The position numbers were made by a program, and so were the translations under genes. The notes under the pieces were generated by a model that did no database searches, was not told where the DNA came from, and saw nothing but the letters and a program-made list of their open reading frames with translations. From Candidatus Caldarchaeum sp. (GTDB taxonomy: Archaea; Thermoproteota; Nitrososphaeria_A; Caldarchaeales; Caldarchaeaceae): a DNA stretch of 64,000 nt. This document shows positions 40,131 to 49,520 of this stretch, piece after piece. The stretch is from the NCBI GenBank assembly GCA_038831915.1, contig JAWBKB010000007.1, positions 1 through 64,000 of the forward strand, written 5' to 3'. How positions within the stretch are numbered: the stretch's first letter is position 1; the number at the start of each line of letters is the position of its first letter.

Positions 40131-41483
40131 ATGATTAAACGCGCTTTAACAATCGCCGGCTCCGACTCTGGCGGTGGCGCTGGAATTCAGGCAGATTTAA
40201 AAACTTTCGCGGCACTGGGTGTTCACGGCATGTCAGCCATCACATGCGTCACCGCCCAAAACACAGAAAAAGTAACGGCCATAGCTCAAATTCCCGCGGA
40301 AATCGTCCGCGAACAAATAAGAGTGGTTGTGGAGGATATCGGTGTTGACGCCGTTAAAACGGGGATGCTTTACAGTGAGGAAATCATTGAATCGGTTGCC
40401 GACGAGTTGAGTGATTTATCTGTTCCGGTGGTGGTGGACCCTGTTGCGGTGGCGAAAAGCGGCGCCCCTCTTCTCAAGCCGAGCGCTGTCGATGCTCTGG
40501 TTCGAAAGCTTCTGCCAAAAGCAACAGTGGTTACGCCGAACATCAACGAGGCGAAAATGTTCACCAACATGGAGATAACGTCTTTCGATGAAATGGTGGT
40601 GGCCGCAGAAAAAATCGCGTCGATGGGCCCGTCAGCCGTCGTGGTGAAAGGAGGACATCTACTATCTGCGAAAACCACCGACGTTTTACTTTACGCAGGC
40701 AAGGTCTACGATTTTGTCGTCGACCGAATTTACACTAAGAATACGCATGGTACTGGATGCACGTTTGCCTCAGCCATAGCTGCATATCTCGCGAAAGGCT
40801 ATAAAATCCCTCAAGCCGTTAGAAACGCACAGCTCTTCGTCAATGAAGCGATTAAACGCGGGCTCTCAGTGGGACGTGGGTACGGCCCAGTTCATCCAAC
40901 AGGACTAGTCTACGAATACGCTGAAAAGATGAAATCACTGAAAATATTACGCGAAGCCGTGAAAATGCTCGAAACAGTCAAGGAGCTAGCTCTCGTCTTG
41001 CCGGAAAGCGGTTCGAACATCGTCATGGCATATGACGAAGCAATTTCGCCACAAGAAATTGCATGTATACCTGGTAGAATAGTAAGGTTAGGTGATGGCT
41101 TCAAAATCGTTTCCGAACCATGGTTCGGCCATTCAACTCACGTAGCTAACGCAGTTTTAAAGGCCAGAGCCTTTGACAGGTCGATAAAAAGCGCGATGAA
41201 CATCAAATTTGAAGAAAGCCTTCTCCAGATATTCGATTCCCTAGGCCTTTCGAACTCCTTCTACGACAGGTCTCAGGAACCCGAAGAAATCAAGGCGCAA
41301 GAAGGCCGAACGATTCCTTGGGGAATCGAGCAGGCCATGAAATCAGCCGGGGGAGTAACGGACGTGATTTATCATCGCGGCGACGTCGGAAAGGAACCCA
41401 TGGCTACTGTTTTCGGGGTTGACGCCTACGACGTTGCTAGAAAGGTTATACGCATAGCTAAGAGAAAAGCAGGTGTCGAATGA
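40131..41483 (+). CDS. thiDN: Bifunctional HMP(-P) kinase / thiamine-phosphate synthase ThiDN
   Basis: IAGSDSGGGAGIQADLK, THGTGC; ThiN domain PE.GSN, DRSQEP, GDVGKEP. Confidence 0.93.
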   Translation: MIKRALTIAGSDSGGGAGIQADLKTFAALGVHGMSAITCVTAQNTEKVTAIAQIPAEIVREQIRVVVEDIGVDAVKTGMLYSEEIIESVADELSDLSVPVVVDPVAVAKSGAPLLKPSAVDALVRKLLPKATVVTPNINEAKMFTNMEITSFDEMVVAAEKIASMGPSAVVVKGGHLLSAKTTDVLLYAGKVYDFVVDRIYTKNTHGTGCTFASAIAAYLAKGYKIPQAVRNAQLFVNEAIKRGLSVGRGYGPVHPTGLVYEYAEKMKSLKILREAVKMLETVKELALVLPESGSNIVMAYDEAISPQEIACIPGRIVRLGDGFKIVSEPWFGHSTHVANAVLKARAFDRSIKSAMNIKFEESLLQIFDSLGLSNSFYDRSQEPEEIKAQEGRTIPWGIEQAMKSAGGVTDVIYHRGDVGKEPMATVFGVDAYDVARKVIRIAKRKAGVE

Positions 41484-42370
41484 TGAAGCCATCCTTCGGT
41501 GTTTGTATTCCAAACTTCGGCAACAATCTTTCCCCTAAAGCCGTTTCAGCAATAGCTACACAAGCTGAGGAAATGGAATACGATTCGGTGTGGATAACAG
41601 ACCATTTACTGCTACCTTCGTCGCAGAGATATCCATATGGCAAGATTTTCGAAACTCTCGCGACCATGGCCTACGTCGCGGCATTGACCGAGCGTGTCAA
41701 AATAGGTTCATCTGTCATCGTTTTAACCATGCGAGAAACTGTTCAAGTCGCGAAATCGCTTGCAACTATCGATGTTTTAAGCGGCGGCCGTGTCATTGCT
41801 GGGCTGGGAGCCGGCTGGTGTGAGGAAGAATTTCAAAACGTTGGCATGAACTTTCAAAACCGTGGCAAAAGGTTTGACGAATCAATTTTGTTGATGAAGA
41901 AGCTGTGGAATGGCGGTGAAATTTCATTCCAAGGCCGTTACTATAAAATTGTCTCAGGCGTTTTCGAGCCGAAGCCGGTTCAGCTGAGCGGAATACCCAT
42001 CTGGGTCGGTGGCAACTCGGAAAGAGCTCTGCAACGGGCGTTAAACCTCGCCGAAGGCTGGCATTTCACAGGCATTCCGCTGAACCTTCTCGACCAAAGG
42101 CTGGCCGGAAAAAACATCCCACAAAACTTCGTCTTATCAGGCCGTGTTACCGTAGATTTCACGGGAAAATCTCCCAAAATCGTAAAAACACGCGCGGGAG
42201 AAGAACGCAGCATCATTTCCGGCGACGTGGAAGAGGTCGTCGAACAGATCGGGGAATACCTCGAGCGCGGCATCAGCTATTTCGCCGTCTATTTCGGCGA
42301 CAAACCTGCGGACAAATACATCAAAGACATGGAGCTATTCGAAGAAGAAGTGATTCCAGGTTACGTATAA
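41480..42370 (+). CDS. LLM-class (putatively F420-dependent) oxidoreductase
   Basis: SVWITDH, LSGGR..GLGAGW..EF, PKPVQ, IWVGGNS. Confidence 0.88.
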   Translation: MMKPSFGVCIPNFGNNLSPKAVSAIATQAEEMEYDSVWITDHLLLPSSQRYPYGKIFETLATMAYVAALTERVKIGSSVIVLTMRETVQVAKSLATIDVLSGGRVIAGLGAGWCEEEFQNVGMNFQNRGKRFDESILLMKKLWNGGEISFQGRYYKIVSGVFEPKPVQLSGIPIWVGGNSERALQRALNLAEGWHFTGIPLNLLDQRLAGKNIPQNFVLSGRVTVDFTGKSPKIVKTRAGEERSIISGDVEEVVEQIGEYLERGISYFAVYFGDKPADKYIKDMELFEEEVIPGYV

Positions 42371-42395
42371 ATCAAACATTGTCCATTTTAACTTC

Positions 42396-42842
42396 ATGAC
42401 ATTGGCTCGGTTGTTTCGACTCGCATTGTCTACATCTGTACTTGCAATAGTTACGATGTCATTGGGCAGCTATGTAAGCAAAGTTGGCGCCGGGCTCGCG
42501 TGTCCCGACTGGCCTCTCTGTCCGTTTGAAGCAGACCCGTTCATCGTCCTCGAATTCAGCCACCGAATCATCGCTTTCGCAACGTTCGTCGCCGGCGCCC
42601 TGACCTTCTACACTGGTTGGAAAACGGCTTTAAGACCTCTCGCGTTTACCGCTTTCGTCTCACTTGGTCTTCAAGTGTTTCTTGTCGGCGCCGTCGTTAT
42701 CTACACTGCAATTCCACCGTTTGTGATAGCTGTTCATCAGGCCTTCGCCGCAACAGTCCTCGCCCTGCATTCGTCCCTCGCCACGGCCGCATACATCATC
42801 AATCGACAAGAAAAGATAAAAATACAGCCGCAAAGCTCGTAA
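42396..42842 (+). CDS. ctaA: Heme A synthase, short 4-TM archaeal CtaA/COX15
   Basis: GLACPDWPLC, EFSHR, H in last helix; first gene of oxidase operon. Confidence 0.87.
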   Translation: MTLARLFRLALSTSVLAIVTMSLGSYVSKVGAGLACPDWPLCPFEADPFIVLEFSHRIIAFATFVAGALTFYTGWKTALRPLAFTAFVSLGLQVFLVGAVVIYTAIPPFVIAVHQAFAATVLALHSSLATAAYIINRQEKIKIQPQSS

Positions 42843-42845
42843 CGC

Positions 42846-43082
42846 ATGTCCGAACTCACGAAGACCGACTACCTAACCTTAACATTGATTATTATTGCGA
42901 TTTTTACTGGATTACTTGTCTTGGGAAATTTCGGCAACCTTTTTGAACCTCTATCCCCACAAACAATTCAAATCAACTCACTCTATCAGTTCGTCTACAT
43001 TTCAGGCTCAGCCGTCGGAGCAATATTCCTTGGTGCGTTATTGTTTATGCTTTATAAATTCCGTGAGAAAGGAGAAGGATAA
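42846..43082 (+). CDS. Small membrane protein equivalent to the N-terminal helix region of cytochrome oxidase subunit II
   Basis: PLSPQTIQINSLY..LYKFRE resembles CoxII TM1; TAATG coupling to next gene. Confidence 0.65.
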   Translation: MSELTKTDYLTLTLIIIAIFTGLLVLGNFGNLFEPLSPQTIQINSLYQFVYISGSAVGAIFLGALLFMLYKFREKGEG

Positions 43083-43498
43083 TGGACAGAGCAAAGCTTG
43101 TTGAAAATCTCACTATAATCGGCGCCGTTGCATTGTTCGTCGTCATCGGCGTCGCTTCATGGATTGTGTTGGCTGATTTGGAGGCGCCCAAGCCGGCTGA
43201 CGTAACGGTTAAGGTGATAGCACGCCAGTTTGCATGGCAGTTTGAATACCCCGACGGCACAGTGTCAGGGGAGCTCCGTGTCAAAGCAGGGCAAACAATC
43301 AAACTTGAACTATATTCAGAGGACGTGATACACAGCATCTACTTCAGGGATTTCGGATTGAAAAAAGACGTCGTCCCCGGTAAAGTAAACGTGCTATTCA
43401 TAACACCGCTTGTGCCTGGACAATATTTAATACAATGCACCGAATTCTGTGGTCAAGGACATTATTCCATGCTTGCTTGGATGGTGGTTGAACAATGA
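43082..43498 (+). CDS. coxB: Heme-copper oxidase subunit II (1 TM + CuA cupredoxin)
   Basis: QFAWQFEY, DVIHS, CTEFCGQGHYSM CuA motif. Confidence 0.93.
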   Translation: MDRAKLVENLTIIGAVALFVVIGVASWIVLADLEAPKPADVTVKVIARQFAWQFEYPDGTVSGELRVKAGQTIKLELYSEDVIHSIYFRDFGLKKDVVPGKVNVLFITPLVPGQYLIQCTEFCGQGHYSMLAWMVVEQ

Positions 43499-45078
43499 CC
43501 AGCGCAGCGGTTGAAAAAACACCTTCCAAGCCTTGGTACAAAAGCGTCTACCAGATTCTTTCCACAACCAATCACGCTCACATCGGAATGCTGTACATCG
43601 CAGCCGCCTACGCATTCTTGGTCATCGGCGGGCTTCTCGCGCTGCTAATAAGGTTTGAGCTGGCCACGCCTCGCGGAAACCTAGTCGACTCCAACACATA
43701 TTCATCCCTGTTTACTATACATGGCACGTTGATGATTTTCTTCTGGGCGATGCCGGTTTTCGCCGGTCTTGGAAACTACCTAATACCAAAGATGATAGGA
43801 GCTCCCGACATGTATTATCCCAAGCTGAACGCGCTTAGCTTCTGGTTGTTTCTTTCAGCGGGAATTCTCCTGCTCGCGAGCTGGACAAACATCGGATGGA
43901 CGGGCTACGCCCCGCTCTCAGTCGTAACGCCTGATGTGGGAGTCGACCTTTGGATTCTAAGTCTCCACGTCGCCGGCACATCATCCATGGTCGGTTCGCT
44001 AAACTTCATCGTAACCGTGTGGAGGCTCCGGCGAAGTGACATCGGCTGGTGGCGTCTCCCCTTATTCGTCTGGTCTTGGGTCGTGACAGCTTTCATAGTA
44101 ATCTTCGCGGTTCCAGTGCTCGCTTTCGGACTAACGCTTCTTCTATTAGATAGGAACCTCGGAACCGGCTTTTATATAGCAGCACAAGGCGGTGACAGCA
44201 TTCTCTGGCAACACCTCTTCTGGTTCTTCGGACACCCCGAAGTCTACATACTCGTCCTGCCCGCTATGGGAATAATTTCCGAAATATTGCCGAGGCTCGT
44301 CAAAAAACCAATCGTCGGATACAGGAACATAGCGATCTCAACGGTTCTAATAGCCGTGCTCAGCTTCGGAGTGTGGGCTCATCACATGTTCACAACAGGT
44401 CTCAGCCCACTCACACTCGCGCCGTTCATGATCATGACGATGCTCGTCGCCGTCCCATCCGGCGTCAAAGTCGTCAACTGGGAAGCAACTATGTGGGGAG
44501 GCAAAATCAAGTTCAATACACCGACCATATTCACAATATCTTTCGTCGGCACCTTCATCGTTGGCGGCATCACAGGAGTTTTCCACGCGGCCATCCCAGT
44601 TGACTGGCATCTACACGACACCTACTGGGTTGTCGGCCACATGCACTTCATCCTGTTCGGAGCCATTTCTCAAGCCGCTTTCGCTGCCACCTACTACTAC
44701 TTCCCCTACTGGACAAAGCGGATGTACAGCGAATCGCTTGGAAAGATTCACGCCATAACCGCCAACATCGGCCAATACATGGTCTTCCTCTCCATGATGG
44801 TTCTCGGTTTGATGGGGATGCCGAGAAGATACTACGCATATGTTGAAGAATATCAGACCTGGCATGTCGTAGCGACTGTCGGAGCATTTCTCATCGGCAT
44901 CGGAACAGTATTCTTCCTCCTTAACATGTTGCTCAGCTGGAAATTCGGGCCGAAAGCCGACCCCGACCCTTGGCAAAGCATCAAAAACAACATGCCAGAT
45001 TTCCTCGGCGAACATCTGAACGAAGTCGACCGCAAGAAAGGAGGTGTTGAAGTTGGCAAACCCGCTGAAACCAAATAA
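43495..45078 (+). CDS. coxA: Heme-copper oxidase subunit I, A1 type
   Basis: WFFGHPEVY, WAHHM, GHMHF, GMPRRY; D-channel D/N (PDMYYPKLN) and K-channel K (PSGVK). Confidence 0.96.
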   Translation: MTSAAVEKTPSKPWYKSVYQILSTTNHAHIGMLYIAAAYAFLVIGGLLALLIRFELATPRGNLVDSNTYSSLFTIHGTLMIFFWAMPVFAGLGNYLIPKMIGAPDMYYPKLNALSFWLFLSAGILLLASWTNIGWTGYAPLSVVTPDVGVDLWILSLHVAGTSSMVGSLNFIVTVWRLRRSDIGWWRLPLFVWSWVVTAFIVIFAVPVLAFGLTLLLLDRNLGTGFYIAAQGGDSILWQHLFWFFGHPEVYILVLPAMGIISEILPRLVKKPIVGYRNIAISTVLIAVLSFGVWAHHMFTTGLSPLTLAPFMIMTMLVAVPSGVKVVNWEATMWGGKIKFNTPTIFTISFVGTFIVGGITGVFHAAIPVDWHLHDTYWVVGHMHFILFGAISQAAFAATYYYFPYWTKRMYSESLGKIHAITANIGQYMVFLSMMVLGLMGMPRRYYAYVEEYQTWHVVATVGAFLIGIGTVFFLLNMLLSWKFGPKADPDPWQSIKNNMPDFLGEHLNEVDRKKGGVEVGKPAETK

Positions 45079-45319
45079 CCCCATAGACGAAGCAGTCAAA
45101 AGATATCAAACTACAGCCGTAGTCATCGCTATCCTCGTTCATTTCTTCATCTTTATAACGGCGATAATGGTGATGGTCGTGCTGAAACAACCTTTACCTG
45201 TATTCATAGCGACACACGTAGGGCTCCAACTCGCCGCAATTATCAACGCCCTGTTCGGACACAAACTCTACAGAAGATATTTATTGGCTAAGCTCGGACG
45301 AAAAGTTGTGATTAACTAA
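45044..45319 (+). CDS. Small 2-TM membrane protein, probable oxidase accessory subunit
   Basis: GGAGGT RBS, overlaps coxA 3' end; two hydrophobic helices each with a His. Confidence 0.6.
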   Translation: MLKLANPLKPNNPIDEAVKRYQTTAVVIAILVHFFIFITAIMVMVVLKQPLPVFIATHVGLQLAAIINALFGHKLYRRYLLAKLGRKVVIN

Positions 45320-45363
45320 ATCATCTTTTTATTCAGCTCTCGAGACGAAGAGGTGAAAAGCGT

Positions 45364-46272
45364 TTGGCGTTTGAAACAATTACTCGAATAGTTAAGCCGA
45401 TGATAGTCGCGATTAAACACGTTTTCTCAACCCCAATAACCATCAAATATCCATATGAAAAAATCGTCAATACTACTGGTGAAAATTACCGCTACGACCC
45501 GAAGGCTGGAATAGCGTATCCAGGGTTCAAGGGGCGGCATGTCCTTTATCTTGATAAATGCACCGGCTGCAGCCTCTGCGACATCGCCTGTCAGAACGTG
45601 GCAGAGGCCATCACGATGGTTTACGGCTTCAACGTCTCACTAAAATTCAACAAAAAATTTATGGATGATTACCGAGAGGGTGAACAACGGGCCGTCGAAT
45701 TTGTGCAGAATCTCGTCACTATGACTGCGAAAAATGCAGACGAAGTCAGCCAGAATTCCCATCCCGTGATACGTGTATTTTGGAACGACTTGAAAGCTCT
45801 CCAGCCGTCAGGGGAATGGTTTGAATGGAAGATGAACATCGAGCCGGTGTATTCATATCGGTCCGAAGCCGTGCTCGAAAGCCATTTTGACAAATTCATG
45901 AAATGGGCAAAGTCCGCTGGTTGGAAAGACGAATTGGTCGAAGTTCATGGAGCCGACAAGGAGGACGAACATCACAAACTCGCTTTCGACGGCTATGAAG
46001 TCCTTCTTTCAGTCACCAAAATCGATGAAAAACTTCCGCACAACAAAAAATCATACTTCCCTGCGATTGATTATGGCAGATGTGTGTTCTGCGGACTCTG
46101 CGTCGACGCCTGCCCATTCTATGCACTCGAAATGATGCCATCCTATGAATTATCCGAAATTGACAGGAGGTCACTTTTCTACAACCCGAAACAGTTGTCG
46201 AAGCCCGGTCAACGTGGGCAGCCCGCTGAGCTTGGATACGTGGAGAAGCTCGTTACAGTTTTGAGAGGGTGA
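45364..46272 (+). CDS. nuoI: NADH-quinone oxidoreductase subunit I with ~130-aa insertion
   Basis: TIKYP, FKGRH, CTGCSLCDIAC and IDYGRCVFCGLCVDACP; GAGGTGA RBS. Confidence 0.88.
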   Translation: MAFETITRIVKPMIVAIKHVFSTPITIKYPYEKIVNTTGENYRYDPKAGIAYPGFKGRHVLYLDKCTGCSLCDIACQNVAEAITMVYGFNVSLKFNKKFMDDYREGEQRAVEFVQNLVTMTAKNADEVSQNSHPVIRVFWNDLKALQPSGEWFEWKMNIEPVYSYRSEAVLESHFDKFMKWAKSAGWKDELVEVHGADKEDEHHKLAFDGYEVLLSVTKIDEKLPHNKKSYFPAIDYGRCVFCGLCVDACPFYALEMMPSYELSEIDRRSLFYNPKQLSKPGQRGQPAELGYVEKLVTVLRG

Positions 46273-46276
46273 CCGA

Positions 46277-46633
46277 ATGGTTTCGGAGTTAGCGCCAAAG
46301 GAAAGACCCGAAGCCTACGACCTGCTCCAACAAATACGCCGAATGACAAAGGCTCTTCGAAACTTTCTCGACAGTGAAGATTTCAAGCATTTTGAACAAG
46401 CTCTTCAGATTCACGACATGTTCAGTAAAAACCATGTCTATCTGCATCTTTCAGGCCACCTTGACCTCGACAACAACATCAACCAGCTCAAATCAATCTA
46501 TGAAATGAGCAAAGGCAATCTTGACGACTTGAGTTTTGGAAGAATGCTCGACCAAGTCGTCTACACTATCGTAAGGGCAAACATCGTCTCGACTGGTTTG
46601 GAGTTTAAGCTGAAAAGAATGAGAAAAGGTTAG
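46277..46633 (+). CDS. Hypothetical helical protein
   Basis: Open ORF with GGGTGA RBS directly after nuoI; no recognised motif. Confidence 0.6.
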   Translation: MVSELAPKERPEAYDLLQQIRRMTKALRNFLDSEDFKHFEQALQIHDMFSKNHVYLHLSGHLDLDNNINQLKSIYEMSKGNLDDLSFGRMLDQVVYTIVRANIVSTGLEFKLKRMRKG

Positions 46634-47661
46634 ACGATTAAAGTCGGCAGGTATATCGTGAGGCTGACGATGAACAAATTGATAAATCCCAGAGGTATCA
46701 GGAACCGCCATCCGAGGTCAAGTATTTTACGCATCGTAATCCGCGTGTAAACACCTCTGAATAGGAAAACGATTGTCAACAGCACCATGAACTTGATGAT
46801 CACCCATAGAGGATGGAGAATTGATTCCGGTATTCCTGGTATCGCTGGGCCGTGCCAGCCGCCAAGATACAGATCGACCGTCAGAAACAGCAAGGCGTCG
46901 AGCTTTGTGTACATCGCGAGCTGAATGCCGAGAAAACCGACTCCTCCATATTCAACTATCCATCCTTCGACCAGCTCCTGCTCGGCGGTAGGTAGGTCGA
47001 ATGGTATTCGCTCTGCTTCGCTGACGGCCGCTATGAAGAAGACCAGAAACCCGATGAACTGCGTTATTATGAAGGGAACCGCTGCTTGAGCGTTTACGAT
47101 GTCGACTATGTCAAATGACCGTGCCGCCATTATGACGCCTGTTAGAGCTATGAACAGCGGTATTTCGTAGGCGAAAATCTGGAATGCAAATCTAATCATG
47201 CCGACAAAGCTGTATTTGCTACCAGAGGCCCATCCCGCGAGAATCAACGGAATCGGCGTGACTGCAAGCAAAACAAACACTAGCAAAACACCAATGTCGC
47301 TGCGGTAAATCACCCAGAATTCACTAAAGGGAATAAATGCGAAAAGAAGCGCAGACAAGAACAAGCCAGTCAACGGCATAGTGACAAAGAGCTTCTTTCT
47401 CGCCCTCGCCGGGATAATAAATTCTTTTGACAAAAATTTAACGGCGTCGGCGATGACTTGAAGCCATCCACCGTATTTGCCCACGTGAAAAGGCCCTATT
47501 CGAAGCATCACCCTCGCGAGCAGCTTTCTTTCATACCATACCGATAAGATGCCGAGAACCGCGACGAACACCGCCCCGGGGAAGACCGCGGCCTTGACAA
47601 AAGCTTCGCTGGTGACGAATTTTATCAAGTCGACGAGTTGAGGAGGTAATGCGGCCACCAT
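46630..47661 (-). CDS. nuoH: NADH-quinone oxidoreductase subunit H
   Basis: ERK..A..RIGP, QVIADAVKFLSKE, YEIP, RIPFDLP.AEQELV.G..EY. Confidence 0.95.
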   Translation of the reverse strand: MVAALPPQLVDLIKFVTSEAFVKAAVFPGAVFVAVLGILSVWYERKLLARVMLRIGPFHVGKYGGWLQVIADAVKFLSKEFIIPARARKKLFVTMPLTGLFLSALLFAFIPFSEFWVIYRSDIGVLLVFVLLAVTPIPLILAGWASGSKYSFVGMIRFAFQIFAYEIPLFIALTGVIMAARSFDIVDIVNAQAAVPFIITQFIGFLVFFIAAVSEAERIPFDLPTAEQELVEGWIVEYGGVGFLGIQLAMYTKLDALLFLTVDLYLGGWHGPAIPGIPESILHPLWVIIKFMVLLTIVFLFRGVYTRITMRKILDLGWRFLIPLGFINLFIVSLTIYLPTLIV

Positions 47662-47664
47662 CAG

Positions 47665-48039
47665 CTACAACCTCTGTGGCAAATCTTTCAAAGTGAACGC
47701 GGCGTAAACCGATGAAGCACTCAAAACCGCCAGTAGAATCACAACGTTCAAAGCTGAAGAGGGATTGTCGATGATAGCCACCACGGATAGAAACACGGCC
47801 AACGCTATGACTGCGTACGCGACGTAAATGATGGCGTAAGGGAAATATTCGACTGGAAATGATGCCTCCGTCCATTCGAACGGCACCTGACCGCTTTCGA
47901 AGGAAAGCCTTTTACGTCTTGTCTTCCTTTTCGGCGCCAGCAACAAACTTCCTGAAACAAGTAACACAGGAAGCAGAGCGCTGAGAATTACGTAGATTAT
48001 GAGCGCTTCGAAACCCACCATCACTGGGCTGTGCTTCAT
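47665..48039 (-). CDS. nuoA: NADH-quinone oxidoreductase subunit A
   Basis: 3 TM helices, K..SFESG, upstream of nuoH. Confidence 0.8.
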   Translation of the reverse strand: MKHSPVMVGFEALIIYVILSALLPVLLVSGSLLLAPKRKTRRKRLSFESGQVPFEWTEASFPVEYFPYAIIYVAYAVIALAVFLSVVAIIDNPSSALNVVILLAVLSASSVYAAFTLKDLPQRL

Positions 48040-48060
48040 CGATTATTTAAACGTGCGTTG

Positions 48061-49509
48061 TCAAAACACAATCCTATCCAAAAGATATTGCTTCAAATTT
48101 TTGATAGGAACGCGTTCCTGTTTCATGTCGTCTCGGTTGCGGACTGTGACTGTTTGGTCTTCGAGCGTTTGGTAGTCAACCGTGATGCAGTAAGGTGTGC
48201 CGATTTCGTCTTGGCGCCTGTATCTTCTCCCTATGCTGCCGCTGTCGTCGTAGAAAACGTCGAAATCGAGTATCAGGTCGTTGTAAATGTTTTGTGCGGT
48301 TTGTACAAGTTCGGATTTGTCGACGAGGGGGAAGACCGCGGCGGTGTAGGGTGCCAAACCCGGATGAAGCTTCAACATCGTTCTATCGTTTTCAACGGCA
48401 TAGCTAAGTTCGAGCAAAGCAAGGATGCTTCGGTCAACACCCATCGAAAGCTCAAAAACGTGAGGAATGAAGGAAATACCGTCCTCAACCACGCGCAAAT
48501 CCTGCCCGCTGACACGTGCGTGGCCGCTCAAATCATAGTCGGTTCGGTTGTTACACGCCACCAACTCCACCCATCCCGAGGAAGTCAAAACTTCGAGGTC
48601 CCATGCTTCAGCCGCGTAAAACGCTTTTTCGTCATCCCGAAGTTTTCTGAACCTCAGCCTGTTACTTGGCACGCCGAGCCGGAGGTAAAAATCCTGTATA
48701 AGCCAAAGATAGTATGCAACGAGCCAGCTCGAAACAGCTCCGGATTCAACGGCTTCTTGACACGTTGTTGGGACAATTTCGTTGGCTTTCCATAGATTCA
48801 GGGTTTTGTGCTTCAGGTCGGCTGCTTTTTCAAAGTTGTTGGCTTTCGCCGGGTTGAAGAAAACTTCGACTTCCGCCTGGGTGAATTCACGCAGCCTAAT
48901 TAATGACTGACGCGGCGATATTTCGTTCCGAAAACTTTTTCCAACCTGTGCGAGCGGTAGCGGAAGCTTCCGTCGTGAAATTTTGTAAACACGTGGAAAG
49001 TCGACGAAAATGTTTTGACAGGTTTCAGGCCGTAAGTAGGCTTCGTCTCCAGCAGCTCCAACAGAAAGCTTAAACATCATGTTGAACAACGAAACTTTTT
49101 CGAATGTTCCCCCGCAGGAAGGACATCGGAAAGCTGTCTTCTCAATGATAACGTCGATTTCCTCAGGCGGTGTTCTCTCCGGCACTGTCAACCTCAGCTT
49201 TTCCTCAAGCAACCTATCGATTCGGTACACGGATTTGCACTTTGTGCAACGGGTCACGGGGTCGGCGAAAGTCGTGACATGGCCCGATGCTACGAAAACA
49301 GGTTTTGGCAATATTTGCGAACCATCTATCAAAATCATTTCATCCCTTCGGACAAGCAAGCGGTGCCAGGCGTCGATGTATTTTCTTTTAAGCAGTGAGC
49401 CGAGATGACCATATTCCCAGAAACCAGCCGGAGACCCGGCGTAGATTTCAGCCGACGGGAAGAAAAAGCCTCTTTCCAGACCTAGTTTAACGATTTCATC
49501 CAAACTCAT
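48061..49509 (-). CDS. glyS: Glycyl-tRNA synthetase (alpha2 type)
   Basis: YLRPETCQ, FRNEISPRQ..RLREFTQAE, SIGRRYRRQDEIGTP. Confidence 0.96.
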   Translation of the reverse strand: MSLDEIVKLGLERGFFFPSAEIYAGSPAGFWEYGHLGSLLKRKYIDAWHRLLVRRDEMILIDGSQILPKPVFVASGHVTTFADPVTRCTKCKSVYRIDRLLEEKLRLTVPERTPPEEIDVIIEKTAFRCPSCGGTFEKVSLFNMMFKLSVGAAGDEAYLRPETCQNIFVDFPRVYKISRRKLPLPLAQVGKSFRNEISPRQSLIRLREFTQAEVEVFFNPAKANNFEKAADLKHKTLNLWKANEIVPTTCQEAVESGAVSSWLVAYYLWLIQDFYLRLGVPSNRLRFRKLRDDEKAFYAAEAWDLEVLTSSGWVELVACNNRTDYDLSGHARVSGQDLRVVEDGISFIPHVFELSMGVDRSILALLELSYAVENDRTMLKLHPGLAPYTAAVFPLVDKSELVQTAQNIYNDLILDFDVFYDDSGSIGRRYRRQDEIGTPYCITVDYQTLEDQTVTVRNRDDMKQERVPIKNLKQYLLDRIVF

Positions 49510-49520
49510 GTCCTCTCACT

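Noticed and set aside
45622-46017. NuoI insert as an intein or intron
   Set aside because: No N-terminal C/S, no terminal HN-C/S/T junction (the nearby HN is followed by K and belongs to the host), no LAGLIDADG motif, frame is open
48031-48795. 254-aa plus-strand ORF
   Set aside because: Entirely antisense to glyS; no motifs
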